Below, in pieces: positions 1 to 13,661 of a DNA stretch of 64,000 nucleotides. The stretch lies in NCBI GenBank assembly GCA_965285935.1, contig OZ260662.1:18724001-18788000 (forward strand), read 5' to 3'. Under the pieces are notes generated by a model. It made no database searches. It worked only from the letters and a program-made list of their open reading frames with translations, and was not told the origin of the DNA. Positions within the stretch are counted from its first letter, which is position 1; every line of letters starts with the position of its first letter. The translations under genes were made by a program, and so were the position numbers. The DNA comes from Ophelia neglecta. Taxonomy: Eukaryota.

Positions 1-59
1 ACATTTGGAAGACACGCTTCCTTCTTTCCCTGTCACTGCCATCCTAATATTACCACATA

Positions 60-364
60 GTCAACTAAATTTCTTGGCGATTTAATAGACTCCACTGATC
101 TGGAAGAAAATTATACATTACATAAGGGGTAACATTGCGAGAAAGTTTTTTGATAATTAAACTATGGTGTCTATATAGTTTTCTTTTATCCATCCCCATA
201 TTCACTTTCGTATCGAGCTATGGGGTAATACCTGTAAAACCTATCTAAACCGAATTGTAAAATTACAAAAAGAAGCCTTAAGATTGATCACTAGTTCAAA
301 GAGAAATACTCCTTCAATACCTTTTATTAGTCAACTACACATATTGCCATTCCATGATCTGTAA
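60..364 (+). mobile_element. Decayed CR1/L2-group LINE, C-terminal reverse transcriptase region
   Basis: Translates to TKFLGDLIDS..WK..I..IA and FSFIHPHIHFRIELWGNTCKTYLNRIVKLQKEALRLITSS...FISQLHILPFHDL*, matching the typical KFLGVIID..L.W / YCIEVWGNT..LQKRAIRII pattern. Confidence 0.85.
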
Positions 365-3300
365 TGCAATGTCTTGTGTTATCTTAATGTGGTGACAAAT
401 AAACATTTATATATCTGAAACGTCATCGAACGGCTTTCGGACTAAGCAATGTATTAACATTAATGCCAACATGGAAGTTTACATATTTCACTTTTTAAAA
501 ACATGCAACATGCACTTACAAGCATTTACATTTGAAAGAACAGATATAGGGTGTATGACTTCGCTTAACGGGGGACACAGGCGATAAAACTGAGTAAAAA
601 CGGATTGGATACTCCGGAGACAAATTAAAATAGTGCAGATGAAAGTGGAAATAATAAGTTGTTCAATATCTTTTATTGATTTTCATGAAGTTCCTTACTC
701 AGCAACAAAAAATATAATCACTTTCGTCTTTGTTGTAGAACTTGACATACAACTTGTATAAAATAGTAGGTGATCAGAATAATGATACTCATCAGTGACA
801 GGAATCTAATGAGAAACAGCAATAAGGTCCACCCCAAAGGCAATCTGTAAGTGCGTTCATTATTTGGCGAAGCCAATGCGTGCATCCTTCCTACACATTT
901 GGTCATACAATCCAATGAAGCAGCGTGGCAGCCTGTCTTAATCCCCTTATATTCTTGCAAACACAAAGCAGAGAAATGGAGCAACTAAGGTTCAACTCAA
1001 GTGTGCAATTGATGTCTAATTTATGTTTTCATTAATTAACTGCCATTTGTATCTGAGCGCACTTATTTATTGACACAAAGGTATATTACACGCATGCCGC
1101 CTATTTAGTATCTTAATATATTCAACAGCAAGCATTTGCAGCACTTAATTTTAGCAATCCATCATCATTATTTACTAATGGTTAGGTAACAGAATAAAAA
1201 CAGACACTAAACTTTCTATTCGATTCGGTTATACTAGAGATGACCACGTTCATACTCGTTGAGCAGCTTACATTTTGAATGCTTAGTCTTTCATTTGGTT
1301 TCACTTCCTGTTTTGCTAACGCTCACTTACGCCTTCAACTGTTGTTAGCATAAATAAGACTTGCCAGCTTTTGTTTATTTTGGATCGATGGAATGGTCTT
1401 TATAATGGAATATCTTGTATATTTTGTAACATTCTTCGTGTATCTACTCCCATTGTTATATAAATTCTCGCACTGATTACTTGAAGCTATGATTGCTGCT
1501 TATCGAATTGTTATTTTGTTATAAATCAACTGACACTGTGGGATATGAGGATTGTTGTGTTGATGTGTGTTGGCGTTTGGTTTGGAGGTGATTTCTAACT
1601 GATTAAATGTCTATTTGATGAAGATGTTATGTCTCCCTTGTATCCATATTGCAACCAGCAATCGGTGTAGAATAACAAAGCCGCCAGTCACTATTAAAAA
1701 AAAACTTATCTATTCAGTAACTTTCTAACCTCGGTCCATATTTTACAGTCAATCTTAGAACGTCAATGTAAGAATTAAATGTGTTTTGTATTTCCTTTCG
1801 GCATCTCCTCTTTTACTTCCTGAACCATTATTCCATTTAACAGAAAATCTCAAGGCTACAATATTTCACTGTGATGACCATGATATATCTCTTTAATTTT
1901 CCAACATTATGTATAATTTATTGTGATGCGTTGCAAATTTCTTTCCGTGTGACCACATTGTTCATTTAATCATTTTTGCACAATAATTGCACATTAATGT
2001 TTCCAGGTGTGCTCAATTGTGCTTAGCCTGTACCGAATATGGGCTCTTTATTTTCATAAGCCGCCGTGGTCAATGGTATTATTGTTAATATGACTATATA
2101 TATGCCTAATGCTCCCCTATGCTAGTCCGTTTTTACCTTGTATACATGGCAGACCACAGTTGAAAATGAAGGGCATGCCAGTCTAGTGTTGGAGATGCTT
2201 TTATAGTTCAAAAGCCATATTTGAATATCAAATTTGTGTTTTCGAACTTGCAATAACTCTTCACCGACCAACACTTTCTATCCTATCTACTGTAGTATTT
2301 GCATTATTCATTTTCACATGTATATTAATATTTATGTTTATTCATTGAGCCACGGATACCCAAGAGCACCATTTGTGTGTAGAATGACTTCCTGGTGTCC
2401 CTGCATTAAGTATGCAAACAAAAAACTATTGAATTAAAATGAATGACGACCCCCCCAACCCCCCCTCTACCCCCCCCCCCCGCAAAAAAAACAAAACAAA
2501 AACAAATAACACTGCAATTGGCTATCTTGGACAAATACACAGTATCACCGAGGTTATGTTATAATATTTTAACGCAAATGCACTGAGTAGAAAGAGTGCC
2601 TTAACTTTAAAGTATGGACAAATACCAATCTTTAGGTTGCTGGGTAAAAGTAATGCAATGCCTGAAAACAACACATGTGCAGATTTACTTAGTTTCTGCA
2701 AATTTGTTTTTAATATTTATAAAATAATTGCGTCACATACGTTGACTTAATGACTAATACCAGTCATTGGACTGACTGCACCCATTTGAAATAAATTAGT
2801 CCTTCGAATGAACATGATCTACTTAAGTTTCAGTTGAAATGTACCCTGTTCTTGTTTCCTATTAAAACCGTTAAGGTATAGATATGTTGAATATTTTGTC
2901 ATGATCCAATATATATCATATTCTTTTTGTACTAAAAGTCGGAACGAATTGCAAACATATTAATCATACTCTCAAAAAACAATATAACCACCTTATAATG
3001 ATTTTATAATAAGGTATTTGAATTATGATTATAAAGTAAATTAAAATATTTGATGAGATACATTAATGAGGTATTATTTTGTGGTTCCCAATAATTCCGG
3101 ACCCCTATTACTGACTATTGTTGATAAATGGATGCCTTTGTCTGCCGGGTATCCACTTCTGTGTTTATGTACATTTTGAAGTTTGCTAAATCCGTTCATA
3201 TTTATTTAAAAAATCTCGCGTTAGGATTCAAGTGACACAATATTATAAAATTCTTCATTTTATGCAGCTAATTTCTTAATATATTTCTCTTTATGTGTAA

Positions 3301-3427
3301 AACAAGAGATTCATACCAAACCTGTCTAGGTTATATGTTTGTGAAAGAGTCTAAAATCGTTTTCTGTATATGGCATACCATATTTGTTGAATCTGATGGG
3401 CAGGTTTGGCACAACAGGACACACTAT

Positions 3428-3880
3428 TGTTCCATATTTGTCTAGTCTAGTCATCATATTCTGCCAACATGTCGCTTAAGGGCACGGATAAGTTCCCATG
3501 CCCGCTGGCTCTTCACCATTCCAAGCTGATTTGCTGTAAGGGGCTTCCATTACCTTTAGTGAATCACAGTCAGGTGTTGGCCAGAAGAAAATGCAGTGTT
3601 CGTGAAGCAAACAAATTCGCACCACAGGCTACAAACTGCTTGTCTGTCTACAGGCATTTCATAATGAGCATAAATAGACGTGCTTTCAACATTTTGAAAC
3701 GGAATCTAGGTCCGAGCTACAACAAAGCTTTCCGGGTTGGTAAACTACCGGGAACGCTTTTCCTTGCAGTCCATCTTATAAAAGACAAAACTGAAACTGC
3801 ATACCAGTATGCAATCGTTAGGAATGGTACTTTCTTAATGTATTCCTTAAATGTTATCCTTAAGACAGCCTGTGTTTAAT
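3428..3880 (+). repeat. ~450-bp diverged direct repeat, copy 1
   Basis: Colinear with 6315-6775 (ttccatatttgtctagtctagtca...acaaattcgcac.acaggctacaaactgcttgtct...ggaatggtactttcttaatg). Confidence 0.9.
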
Positions 3881-6314
3881 TCTATAACTGATGACCTGTC
3901 TGTAATGCTATATTTAGAGTTCGGAGGCCAACGGCAATTATTTGCAAGAAGATATTCCCTGTAAGTGTAATCTAGGATTATGCCAAGAATATCACGGGCA
4001 TGACTGGGGGCATCAACCATTTCGCAATAACCAAATGCAACGCATTAGGAAATGGCAAGAGTGGGTTTCAGTTCTATGTTACATGAGGGATTGATGCTGT
4101 ATTACGTCTGGCAAGAATTATTCATATTTACCATTTGAAAGACCAGTCTTCGAGCCCCAAAACCACTTCGCATTTCTTCAGATACAACATTTCACAATTT
4201 TGAAAAAATGGATTAAAACGAAATAACTTGTTCTTCTTTAACTGCAAAAAGAAGCCAATCAGATATAAAGACGGTTTTATTTCTAAAGTTACCGAACTAC
4301 ATGTGCATCTGTATATATAAATAGGGTTGTATGACATTAAACTCTAGCATTTCATTATAAGAGTTGATATGTGCACCGATGAAACGACCGTTGTTAATTC
4401 TGTAAACAAATACTAAAAAGGTTATAGCTATTCATGGACTGTTTTTCATATTGCTTAACGTATATAGTTCTTAGTTTAATTACTTTTATTATTGGTGCAG
4501 TCTTTGGAATTGCTCTTATGGCTGGAGCTACTTTATCACAAACATACCATGAAAAAAATATGACGATTGAATAGGCAAACCCTCTCCAACCTTTTATAAA
4601 CGATTTGGTACGGTCTAAGTGGAAATCAGCGCGTTCAGTAAGCAAACTAGGTTTGTCAGCAACGGACCTCAACGGGAGAGGGGAGGATTGTGCTTCAAAA
4701 CCTATGGCCCTCTGTTTGCGGTATTTTATGACTAATATATTATGTGATGGAAATAGGTTATCCTTAAGGCCTCCGCCCCGTCCCTGAAATCCTGCAATAT
4801 CCCCACATCACCTCCAACCGCCCCCCCCCCCCCCCTCCCTCTCCTGTCTCGCCACTCTCCATACATGTTAGCGCCTAAATCCTTCACCAGTACATATAAA
4901 ACCCACAGTTCTTCCTTACTCATTGCCTTGTTTTTTTATTCCTATGCTTTGCCTTCCCGGCAGAGGCTACGTATTGTCACAACTAACTGAGGAAATCAGC
5001 AGAAATAAGTCATAAGTACATTTCATCTCCGCTAAGAAACCATTCGCTATCCGTTGTACTTTTCTTCTTAAACTGTCCATATATTTCATAAGTCAGTCGT
5101 GACCACGCCGGACATTAGCAGAGGTTCCAAAAAACGCAACAAATGATGAGTGTCTACACGAGGTTCTTAATAAATTGTGCTTTGCAACTTTGCAGAATAA
5201 TATAATGTTATAGATCAGATATTTGGCAGTTTTTCCGCCCTATCAACTTTTCGAATTTCTGTTACCCTTTATGAAAGAGTCTGCGTAAAATTACACGTAT
5301 CTCTTATCCTGCTTCTTATAAGTGGTCCATTTATTGTCAACATTTATCCCGGTATGTGATTATGATAATGTATCAGTCGGAGTGATGTTCAAAATTATTC
5401 TTTAAAATGTGTGTTATAGATTGCAGTAGGATGTTGGTAGAGCAGGGATTTCGATTCCATACGTAATCCGGTGGAAAATAAAAAAATGAACCTTAATGGC
5501 TTATGAGATAGAGCATGAAGCAATACAGGAGTCGTAATACACATGTCACGTGCAATCTTAACTAAATTGATCAAAGCGACACGTTCGTAGCCACAACTCA
5601 ATTTGGAGTTTAGAAGAAGGGTCTAAATTCGGCCTGGAACTAATTGCCAATCTTCCTTCTTCAAAGGCAATACGAGTTAGAAACCCCCCCCCCCCAATCT
5701 CAGGGTGTATACAGTTTTATTTTACTGAGCTTGCTCCCGGTAACCCATTTTTCAGTGTGCTAAAATTCATTGAAATGATCAGTTGCTAGAAGACTGGTAT
5801 CGTGCTGCGGAAGTTCATACATGAATAATATTGCCGCCATACTCTCTTAACCAATGGTAGCTCACAAAAACTGCCTTTGGAAGATTACAATCACATGTGC
5901 CGCGAAACTTGGTTATTGCAATAATTATTTATTTAACCAATGATTTTTACAGAGTTCCACAGCAAAGCGTTATTTTAAGAAACATGCTTGCTTTATATCC
6001 TGAAAGCAATGGATGTGATGGAAAGACAACGTGTCACGTTCAACTGTTTGTTGTTCATTTCCTTGTCCAGATATATCAAACTTCAGGAGCTATTCTGGAT
6101 ATGCCTTTTGTGTCGAGGATATATGGGCAAGTGATTTTGCTTTTTAAGGAGAATCGCATCGGCCAAGTTATTTAAGGCTGTCAAGGCAAAATCACTTTAT
6201 AAGCAATAGTCCATGTCAATTTCTTGCAGTGACAAAATCTATTCCAGAAAGGCCTTTTGCAAGTGTTCTACATGAAAGCTCTACTTATTGTTCATTTTTT
6301 TATTCATAAAATCA

Positions 6315-6775
6315 TTTCCATATTTGTCTAGTCTAGTCAACACATTGTACCAACATGTCGTCGAAGGGCACCTACCACTAACCATACCCGCTGACTCTTC
6401 GCCGTTCCGAGCTGATTTGCTGTGTGGCACTTCCTCTAATTTCAGTGAAACACACAGTCAGCTATTGGCCAGAAAAAGTGAAATGTTCATATGACAAACA
6501 AATTCGCACTACAGGCTACAAACTGCTTGTCTATCGACAAAGCATTTCATAATGAGTCTAAATGGAAATGCTCGTAAAATTGTTGAACAGGAATCAAGGC
6601 CTGAGTTAAAATAAAGCTTTTGGTGTTGGTAAATGACCGCTCAATCTTTCCACCCGAAAACGTTTATTTCCAGTCCATCTTATAAAAGGAAAAACTGCAT
6701 GCAATTATGTAGTTGTTCGGAATGGTACTTTCTTAATGTTTTCCTTAAAATGAATCTGAAGGCAGGCCGTCTTTA
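6315..6775 (+). repeat. ~450-bp diverged direct repeat, copy 2
   Basis: See copy 1. Offset about 2.9 kb, with indels and no shared open frame. Confidence 0.9.
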
Positions 6776-8145
6776 TTTTTACAACTTTTTATAAAAGTTG
6801 CTTTCAGAAGAAACATTTCAATCATCTGTATAATAATAATAAATAAGTACAATATAGGATTCTGAGTGGAGGTTTTATAAATTAAAATCTAATAATTCGG
6901 TTTTATGTTTCCTCCTAATAAGAATACAAATGTTACATTTCGCAGCACAACATGCAACGCGTGTAACCTGTCAGAATGATTCGTAATTGGTTTGTTAAAA
7001 TAGACTCAATGACCGACCTAATATTTCATCGACATTAAACATGTCTAACCTTTGGCTGTTTGGGCAATTCCTCCATGTCAATTTATTCCCTTTTTAAATT
7101 AGACACTAATCAGCTTCTGAAAGGCATACACATGTACTTCTACTGTTTTAGTTAACCGTTCATTATAGCTACCACAGGGCAATGAGGATACTTTTTATAT
7201 TTTTACTGGAGGTCTAAACAATGTCTAGTGCCACAAATATATATATAGTTAAACATATATAGTTATTATACCGAAACAAAAAGAAAGACCGTAGCATATG
7301 TAAATTTGAAAGTAAAAACTATGTTGATGTACGAAGATCCATTCTACATCATAAAACCTGCAAATGAGTTCTCTTTCCCTCCAACCTCGACCCCCGAACA
7401 GCCGGAACTGCGCGCAAAAATAAAAGGACATGTACTACCCAAACCAACAAATCAACATCATTATGGCGAACGCACCTGACACTGATAAAAACAACCGAAT
7501 TTACTGAAATACCATCTCGATAACCACAAATAGGCAGTAGAAAAATCTCCTACTCAATATCAATCTGCATTTAACGGACCAGCGCAACTTTTATTACATT
7601 AACCATAAACAGTACGTTAGGTCATTGTTTTTCCGTTTATTAACTCCAACAGGGATTCCTTGCACGGTAACATCAAATTAATCCTGCAGCCAAATATGCA
7701 AACAATGGAATCTCTTGGTATTGGCATTGTATACCTGACATGGCAGTGTCATAGCACGAGTATCAAATCATACAATAGCAATGGCACTAACTTTCGGCCC
7801 ATATAGCAATTTCAGGCCCAGGCGCATTTACCAAATTCACGACAGCAATAGCTTAGTCCTTAGAGAAATCCCTTCAATTTGTTTCGGGTTGGCTTTTGAC
7901 AGCATCACACAATTTGAGATTTGGACAGAAACCTCTAAGACCAGTCGGGTGAACGTGATACAACTGCCATTTGAAATTAGTAGAAAAGAACCCTTCTTTA
8001 TTGCCAAATTGGTGGCAAAGGTACCCACATGACCGTCAAGGCATCATAAATGGATGTACTTGGGCCGCCAACCACTAAACAACCATCCCCTCTCTCCACC
8101 GCAACAAGTATTTTTCTTTATAGGTATACATCGCGCAAAACATAA

Positions 8146-8372
8146 CAATGAAAGAGAACAATGCAGGATTGTCATTTTAATCTATGATTTCGCGAGCTAG
8201 CCACACACAGTATTTTTCGATATATAATCTCGTAAATATACGTCAACCAAGAACGTTACCAATGAAACTGAACAAAACAGAATTGTCATTTTAATCAATG
8301 ATTTTGAGCGGTATCCAAGCACAGTGTTTTTCGATATATAAGCTCTTACATATGCGTCAATCAAGGACGTCA
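8146..8372. repeat. Tandem duplication, 2 x ~114 bp
   Basis: caatgaaa..gaaca...attgtcattttaatc.atgatt...acag..tttttcgatatata...cgtcaa.caag.acgt repeated at 8146 and 8260. Confidence 0.9.
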
Positions 8373-9649
8373 TAGACCAGCTAAGATGCACGCTCTGTAA
8401 TCATGGTATTAATTGGTCCTCAATAAAACATCTGTAGTGTAAAAAATCATTCGGAAATCCTGTTATCCTGTTCATTTTTGCCTTAAGTCAGTCTTTGTTT
8501 GACGTCACATTCTGACTCAATAAATGCCACCCTTTGGCCAAGTTTCCGTTAACATACATTTATTCGTATGCTTAAAGTACCTTTTACACATATGGTAACG
8601 TCAACCGGAATATAAAAATTCACATCTTAATTGTATTTGGTTTGAATTGATGAAAGCTACATTTAATATATAAAGAAAATATTGGTATATTTATCATGCC
8701 AGTAACATATTCAATACATGCAAATATTTCTTGTATTAGATACTTATTCTACGTAGTCCTAAATTTTACCCAGGAAATTCAAAAGTGTATTATTTTATAG
8801 TTTATCAACCAAGAACAACTTAATAGATGTTTTTCTGTTAATGTCAAATACATTTAAATATAGCTTTTGAACGATTGAAATGACAATTGGTTGTATTTTA
8901 AAAAGGCCAATGTATTAGCACTCCTCATTTGGGCCAAGATCATATGGCACTTTTTGCTGATGGTACTCATTCATGTTAATATACCAACTGCATAATTCAA
9001 TTTGAAGAAACTGCGCAAAGCACAATACAACACAATTAATAAGGAGTATGTCCTGTCATCGCTAAGTGATGAAGCAAACCATATCTCAAAAAGCAGTTTA
9101 ACAAAAATCACAGCATCTAGACCGTTAGTAATGGTGTATTACTAACACGCGTAATTCCCAAGTCAGCAAGGAATCTTAAAAAGCCAACTACTGTGGGTTC
9201 TTTTAGGGCACCTGTGCCTGTTAGAATAACAACTATAGGTATACACAATCTCTCTCTGACTATTATACCCTCGCCTTGTTTGAAAAAGAAGGAAGTTTGG
9301 GGTATCTCTGTTTTCTAAAATGAAGCAACGGTCACATATCGATTCAGATAGGCGTAACTAGCCAACAGTTGTGCCTAAAAAGACCAACGATTCAATTCAG
9401 TTACTACTCTCAAGGTTAAATGCATGTATTGGAGTGGTATGTGGAGGGTTTCGGGATCTATGGGAATTTTTTTCTCTGTCAATGCGTAGCGCCGACGACG
9501 CATCACTGAACATATCAAGACAATATTATTTACCGGAATTTAAAACAAAAATATGTCTGCGCTTTTCCTTTGGCTGAAATATAAAGTTTGTGCTCGCGTT
9601 TGGGCGTTAAGTAAACATAAGTTGGCGGTATTAGGGGTGTTGTCATCCA

Positions 9650-10590
9650 TAGCGTGACTAGCGGGTGAAAAGTGTCCCCCATTTAAGGCACTTTCTTATA
9701 GTGAACACATCAGCGACACTCAGACACATAATCGAGACGGATAGCGCACCTGCCGGTGGATGAGAAACACTTAGCTTGTGATCAATACGAGTTCAGACCT
9801 GCAAGACCGGATCTTACTAGAGAGAACAATTAAGTACCCAGATGCCAATCGCCCGGCAGCCACTGTATTCCCATGTCTAGCCATAAAGATAACAGCAGCA
9901 GCAATCATGTGGTAATCACGTCGCAGGATGAGTTGGTTTATTGGCCGTTACCAGTTTGCCTTTAATCAGGGAACCCCATCATGGATACCCAATATGACGG
10001 AACAGTACCCGCGTTCACCGGTGCTGAAGGGGAAGCACTCGCCGGCCCCACCTCCATAGAGTACAATGTGCACGTACATTTTTAAGTGCGGAATATTTAA
10101 GCACGTGACTGGAGTGGAGGAGTGGAAATAAAAGGGTTAGAAGGTGTATAACATGTTGACGTATTGCCGTAAGACTTGAGGTGTAATGTGTTTACATATC
10201 ATCGTAGAATTTTAAACAATCATGAAACATTAATTGTGTACAGTATAGAATTATCATGTAGCAGAAGGCATAGTAGAGCAAGATAAGTACATGCGCCACC
10301 AAATGTAGGACTCTATCCATGTCACCTAAACGGAATATAATTATAAAGGAATACAGGATGCAATGGTCAAATCAGACGATTTACCGGCATATTAACATAT
10401 GAGTTAGTAAGTTAGTAAGCCACCGATCGAGTGCGTCTCAAGTTAGTTTGTTAGGCCCTCGGGGATTCGAATTAAAGCGCTCGAGTTTCGAAGGGGAAAG
10501 CAAGTCAGATAAATCATGGACAAGGTACGTTGTGTCATATTATAAGATACTTTTGACTGTGATTCTAAAACTATATGATGTCAAGGAAAA
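9650..10590 (+). repeat. Copy A of a diverged tandem duplication of a promoter/5'UTR/first-exon cassette
   Basis: Colinear matches to 12820-13620, e.g. acatcagcgacactcagacac vs acatcaggcgacatttagacgc; agcttgtgatcaatacgagttcagac vs agcttgtgttttatgcgggttcagac; actcgccggccccacc vs actagccggactcacc. Offset about 3.0-3.2 kb. Ends approximate. Confidence 0.75.
10363..10524 (+). pseudogene. Paralogous copy of the 13404 first exon, 5' part disrupted (MVKSDDLPAY* ... LVSHRSSASQVSLLGPRGFELKRSSFEGESKSDKSWT|)
   Basis: Same gcaATGG start context and AAG|GTACGT donor. A ~10-nt excess around short duplications (catatta/catatga; gttagtaa x2) introduces TAA and a frameshift between the ATG and the conserved C-terminal block. 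Confidence 0.6.
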
Positions 10591-12819
10591 GGATCGTGTT
10601 TTGAAAGTTGATTTAAGCATATGAGAAGGGAATCTTCATTTCTCTCCTCTGGACTTTTCCAATAGCAGGATGCCGCACAGGACATATTTATCGCAAATGG
10701 AGGCTTACTATAGCATTGTATAAGCCAGCCAAGTCAAGGCTGCTTAATCCTGACCTAAGAACAACCAAACTGAACTACTAGTGGCTGGCCATAATGCATA
10801 CATCTGCAATATGGAATCCTCATCTTTTATTAAATGGGGAGGCCAATGACCTCGATTCCCCCCTTCACATTGAAAGTGCTAACTAGATTAATTTGAGTGC
10901 AGCGATGGAAATACTTAGTCGATTACCAATCTAGTGGGATTCCTTGAAAGCTAGGCTACCTGGAAGAATTTAAATTTACTAAGTTAAAGGTCATTTAAAA
11001 TTGCTTTTGCTTTCCGGGAACATAGGCATTATTACAAAAACAGTAGTAAGCTGAATTTTAGATAAATTGGTCACTGGGCATACACATAGGCATACACTAT
11101 GATGGAAGATACCCAAACGTAAGAAAGATCACGAATAGAAGATCACGCAGACTAGATTATAGTAAAGATTATACAAGATTTATAAAGATTATACAATGAT
11201 TTTGCTGTGTGTAAAAGAATATACATTTCCTTTACTTTTCTTTACTACTACAAAAAAAATCAATGTTACCCTCAAAATATGCTTGATTGCAAACTTATAT
11301 TTTCTTCAATTGTGTCCAAGATATTGTCCTTTTAAAAATTATTAAGTTACCCCCCGCTATCTAATGATTCGTTTATTATACAGTGAGTGAAGCGCCATCA
11401 AAGAAACGACTTCTTACAACTAGGCCCTGCTGTGTATCCTTGGTTTATTTAAATATTGTATTGCATGCGGTTAATCGTCCTTACAGAAACGAAAACTAGT
11501 GTATATGCACAGTCATCTAAGCTATATTGGGGCTTAATAAGTCTATTCTAGAAGGACAAGCAAATGCGGAATATAACGACGAATATTTTCCTTATGGCTC
11601 GTACTGTCTTTGGTAGCGGGGAGAGTACGATGATGTAGTATTTCCAGTGTATTCCACAAGAAAACCCGCATAGGGACTACTTGGATGTAATTGAATTAGA
11701 ATTCCGGCCTTTGAGTGCCCCCCAGTAGCTAATGCTTGGATTTGACAAACATCGTGCTTGACAGTTACATTGGAGAGACCCTCCACAGTCAAGCTATCTG
11801 CAACATCTTCATTTCAAGGCCATAAAAGTAGAGTTGCTTTCATCCTATTTAGATATAACGATAGTTATCAACATAACATAATCTGAGTTAATTGTTTTCC
11901 CATCAGCTAATGTTTTTCGTCATATGTTGATTGCTTTAGTTTGCGCGATACGAATCACTGATGAATTAGCAACCGTGACGTGTAATTTCCTGAATACACG
12001 CTATAAATCGGGAAAAGAAATGTCTATTATGAAAAACACAATAAATAACCGAACCTTATCCAACATCATACCCTGCACCCAGTGGACGCCACAGCAGCAG
12101 TGCCAAAAGCAACAAAGCAGCGCAACAGTGCCGAATGCAAATTTCAAAATTGGGAGTACCCTCGGCAATTTGCAAGCGTGACGGAAAGAATTGCATACTT
12201 AAAACGCAATCGTTTTGATTTTATAGTGAATGATCATCAACTTGACTGTTCGTGCGTGCCATATATATCTATATGACTGGACTCATGGTACCGCACCCTT
12301 TTTATAAGCCGAAAGGAAAAGTAGTAAGCGAAATTCAATAGCAAAACTGTTTCCACCTGTATTTTACTAACTGTAACATAACAGTGTGTCTTCCAAGAGG
12401 GGTCCTACACACAATGTACAGGTAACTAGGATAGCCATTTTCTCTGTTTGTTTCAGATTATAAAAAACAAATCCACGTATTCGGCTTTCACTGTTGGTTC
12501 TGCACTTAGCAAAAACAACGGTATTAAACAACTTTAACCAGCATTACAGCCTGTTTCAAATGCTCGCTAGAGCAGCAGCTCCCAAGGTAGAACTCAGCGC
12601 CGAATACATACACTCGGATTTTAGCGTAATAATGTTGTATTAGAGTGTTTGTCTACGCCAAAACGTACGGATTCTCCATAATATATAATAATACAATGAC
12701 GTCCGTTTTCTTAGCGTTGCATACGTCTTCTTTGGTCTGTAAATTTGCAGAATATCCTAATTGAACCGGGATGCCTTTAAAGTTGCCGTTGTCGGCCAGA
12801 ACTCAATATTACCATGCAG

Positions 12820-13620
12820 CTCAGTGGCTGCGTTCTCAGGTGACAGGGCGCGCAGCTTTCGCCAAACATCGTTCTATGTCTTTACAGGCGTACATCAGGC
12901 GACATTTAGACGCGGTGAGGAGACGCTAGCGAGCACTCGGGTCGGTGCTAGGCACCCAGCTTGTGTTTTATGCGGGTTCAGACTACTCCGACCTTATCCT
13001 ACCGGCGGGAACAACGTATCGGTGACCTTCAAGGCTAACGAGTATCTTGCAGCATCATGTCTTGTTCAGCGGAGACGGCCACAGGATCAGAGGGCTCACA
13101 TCAACTGGGAATAAGGGAACATTTCATTTGCAGTGTATGTTAGTCTGGCAATCTAACTGACTAGCCGGACTCACCATTGTTAGACAACAAAACAGTACCT
13201 GGCAGCACGGATTTCAGTCGCTCAAATGACTATCTTAAGCGTGTGTGCTCTCGCATGAAAGTTACTGGTTTATAACTATCCTCCAACTAAAGGGCAAGAT
13301 TTGCGTGGGCAAGTCTTTAGTATGTAACGGTTATTACTCTCACTTCCGTATACCCAGGACTGATTAAATATTTCATACGCTTGGAACAAATAAAAGAGTA
13401 GCAATGGCCCAGTCAGAGTATCCACCTGCCTCCAGGGCTAGACTTCTTAGCTACAGATCGAGCACATCGTCCCGTGGAAGTATTTTAAGGTCCAGGAGAT
13501 ACGAATTGAAGAGTTCCAGCTTCGAGGGGGCAAGTAGAAATGTTAAAGCGTGGACAAGGTAAGCAACATATATGAGTGGAAACTGTTGAATATGATCTTC
13601 GAGTAAATGTTTAAAAATCT
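12820..13620 (+). repeat. Copy B of the duplicated promoter/first-exon cassette
   Basis: See copy A. Locally GC/CpG-richer than the surroundings. Ends approximate. Confidence 0.75.
13404..13558 (+). CDS. Putative alternative first coding exon (51 aa + 2 nt, phase-2 donor) of an unidentified long gene: MAQSEYPPASRARLLSYRSSTSSRGSILRSRRYELKSSSFEGASRNVKAWT(R/S)
   Basis: ATG in good context (gcaATGG). Open frame to a consensus donor AAG|GTAAGC. Paralogous exon at 10363-10524 differs mostly at synonymous third positions (tta/ttg, tcg/tcc, agt/agc, gaa/gag, agc/agt) across ELKxSSFEGxS...WT. Confidence 0.7.
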
Positions 13621-13621
13621 C

Positions 13622-13625
<4 letters not shown>

Positions 13626-13660
<35 letters not shown>
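13626..13660. repeat. (AT)n microsatellite
   Basis: Perfect AT run about 70 nt downstream of the 13558 donor. Confidence 0.95.

Positions 13661-13661
<1 letters not shown>

Noticed and set aside
718-984. FSALCLQE resembling the LINE endonuclease ICLQETW motif
   Set aside because: Isolated match with no other endonuclease motifs in register.
7741-7800. TGGCAGTGTCATAGC resembling miR-34
   Set aside because: Only about 8 bp of pairing with the downstream arm, so no pre-miRNA stem.
8110-8130. tttttctttatAG|GTATAC as a third recursive site
   Set aside because: Donor half is weak and no downstream RS-exon donor is evident.
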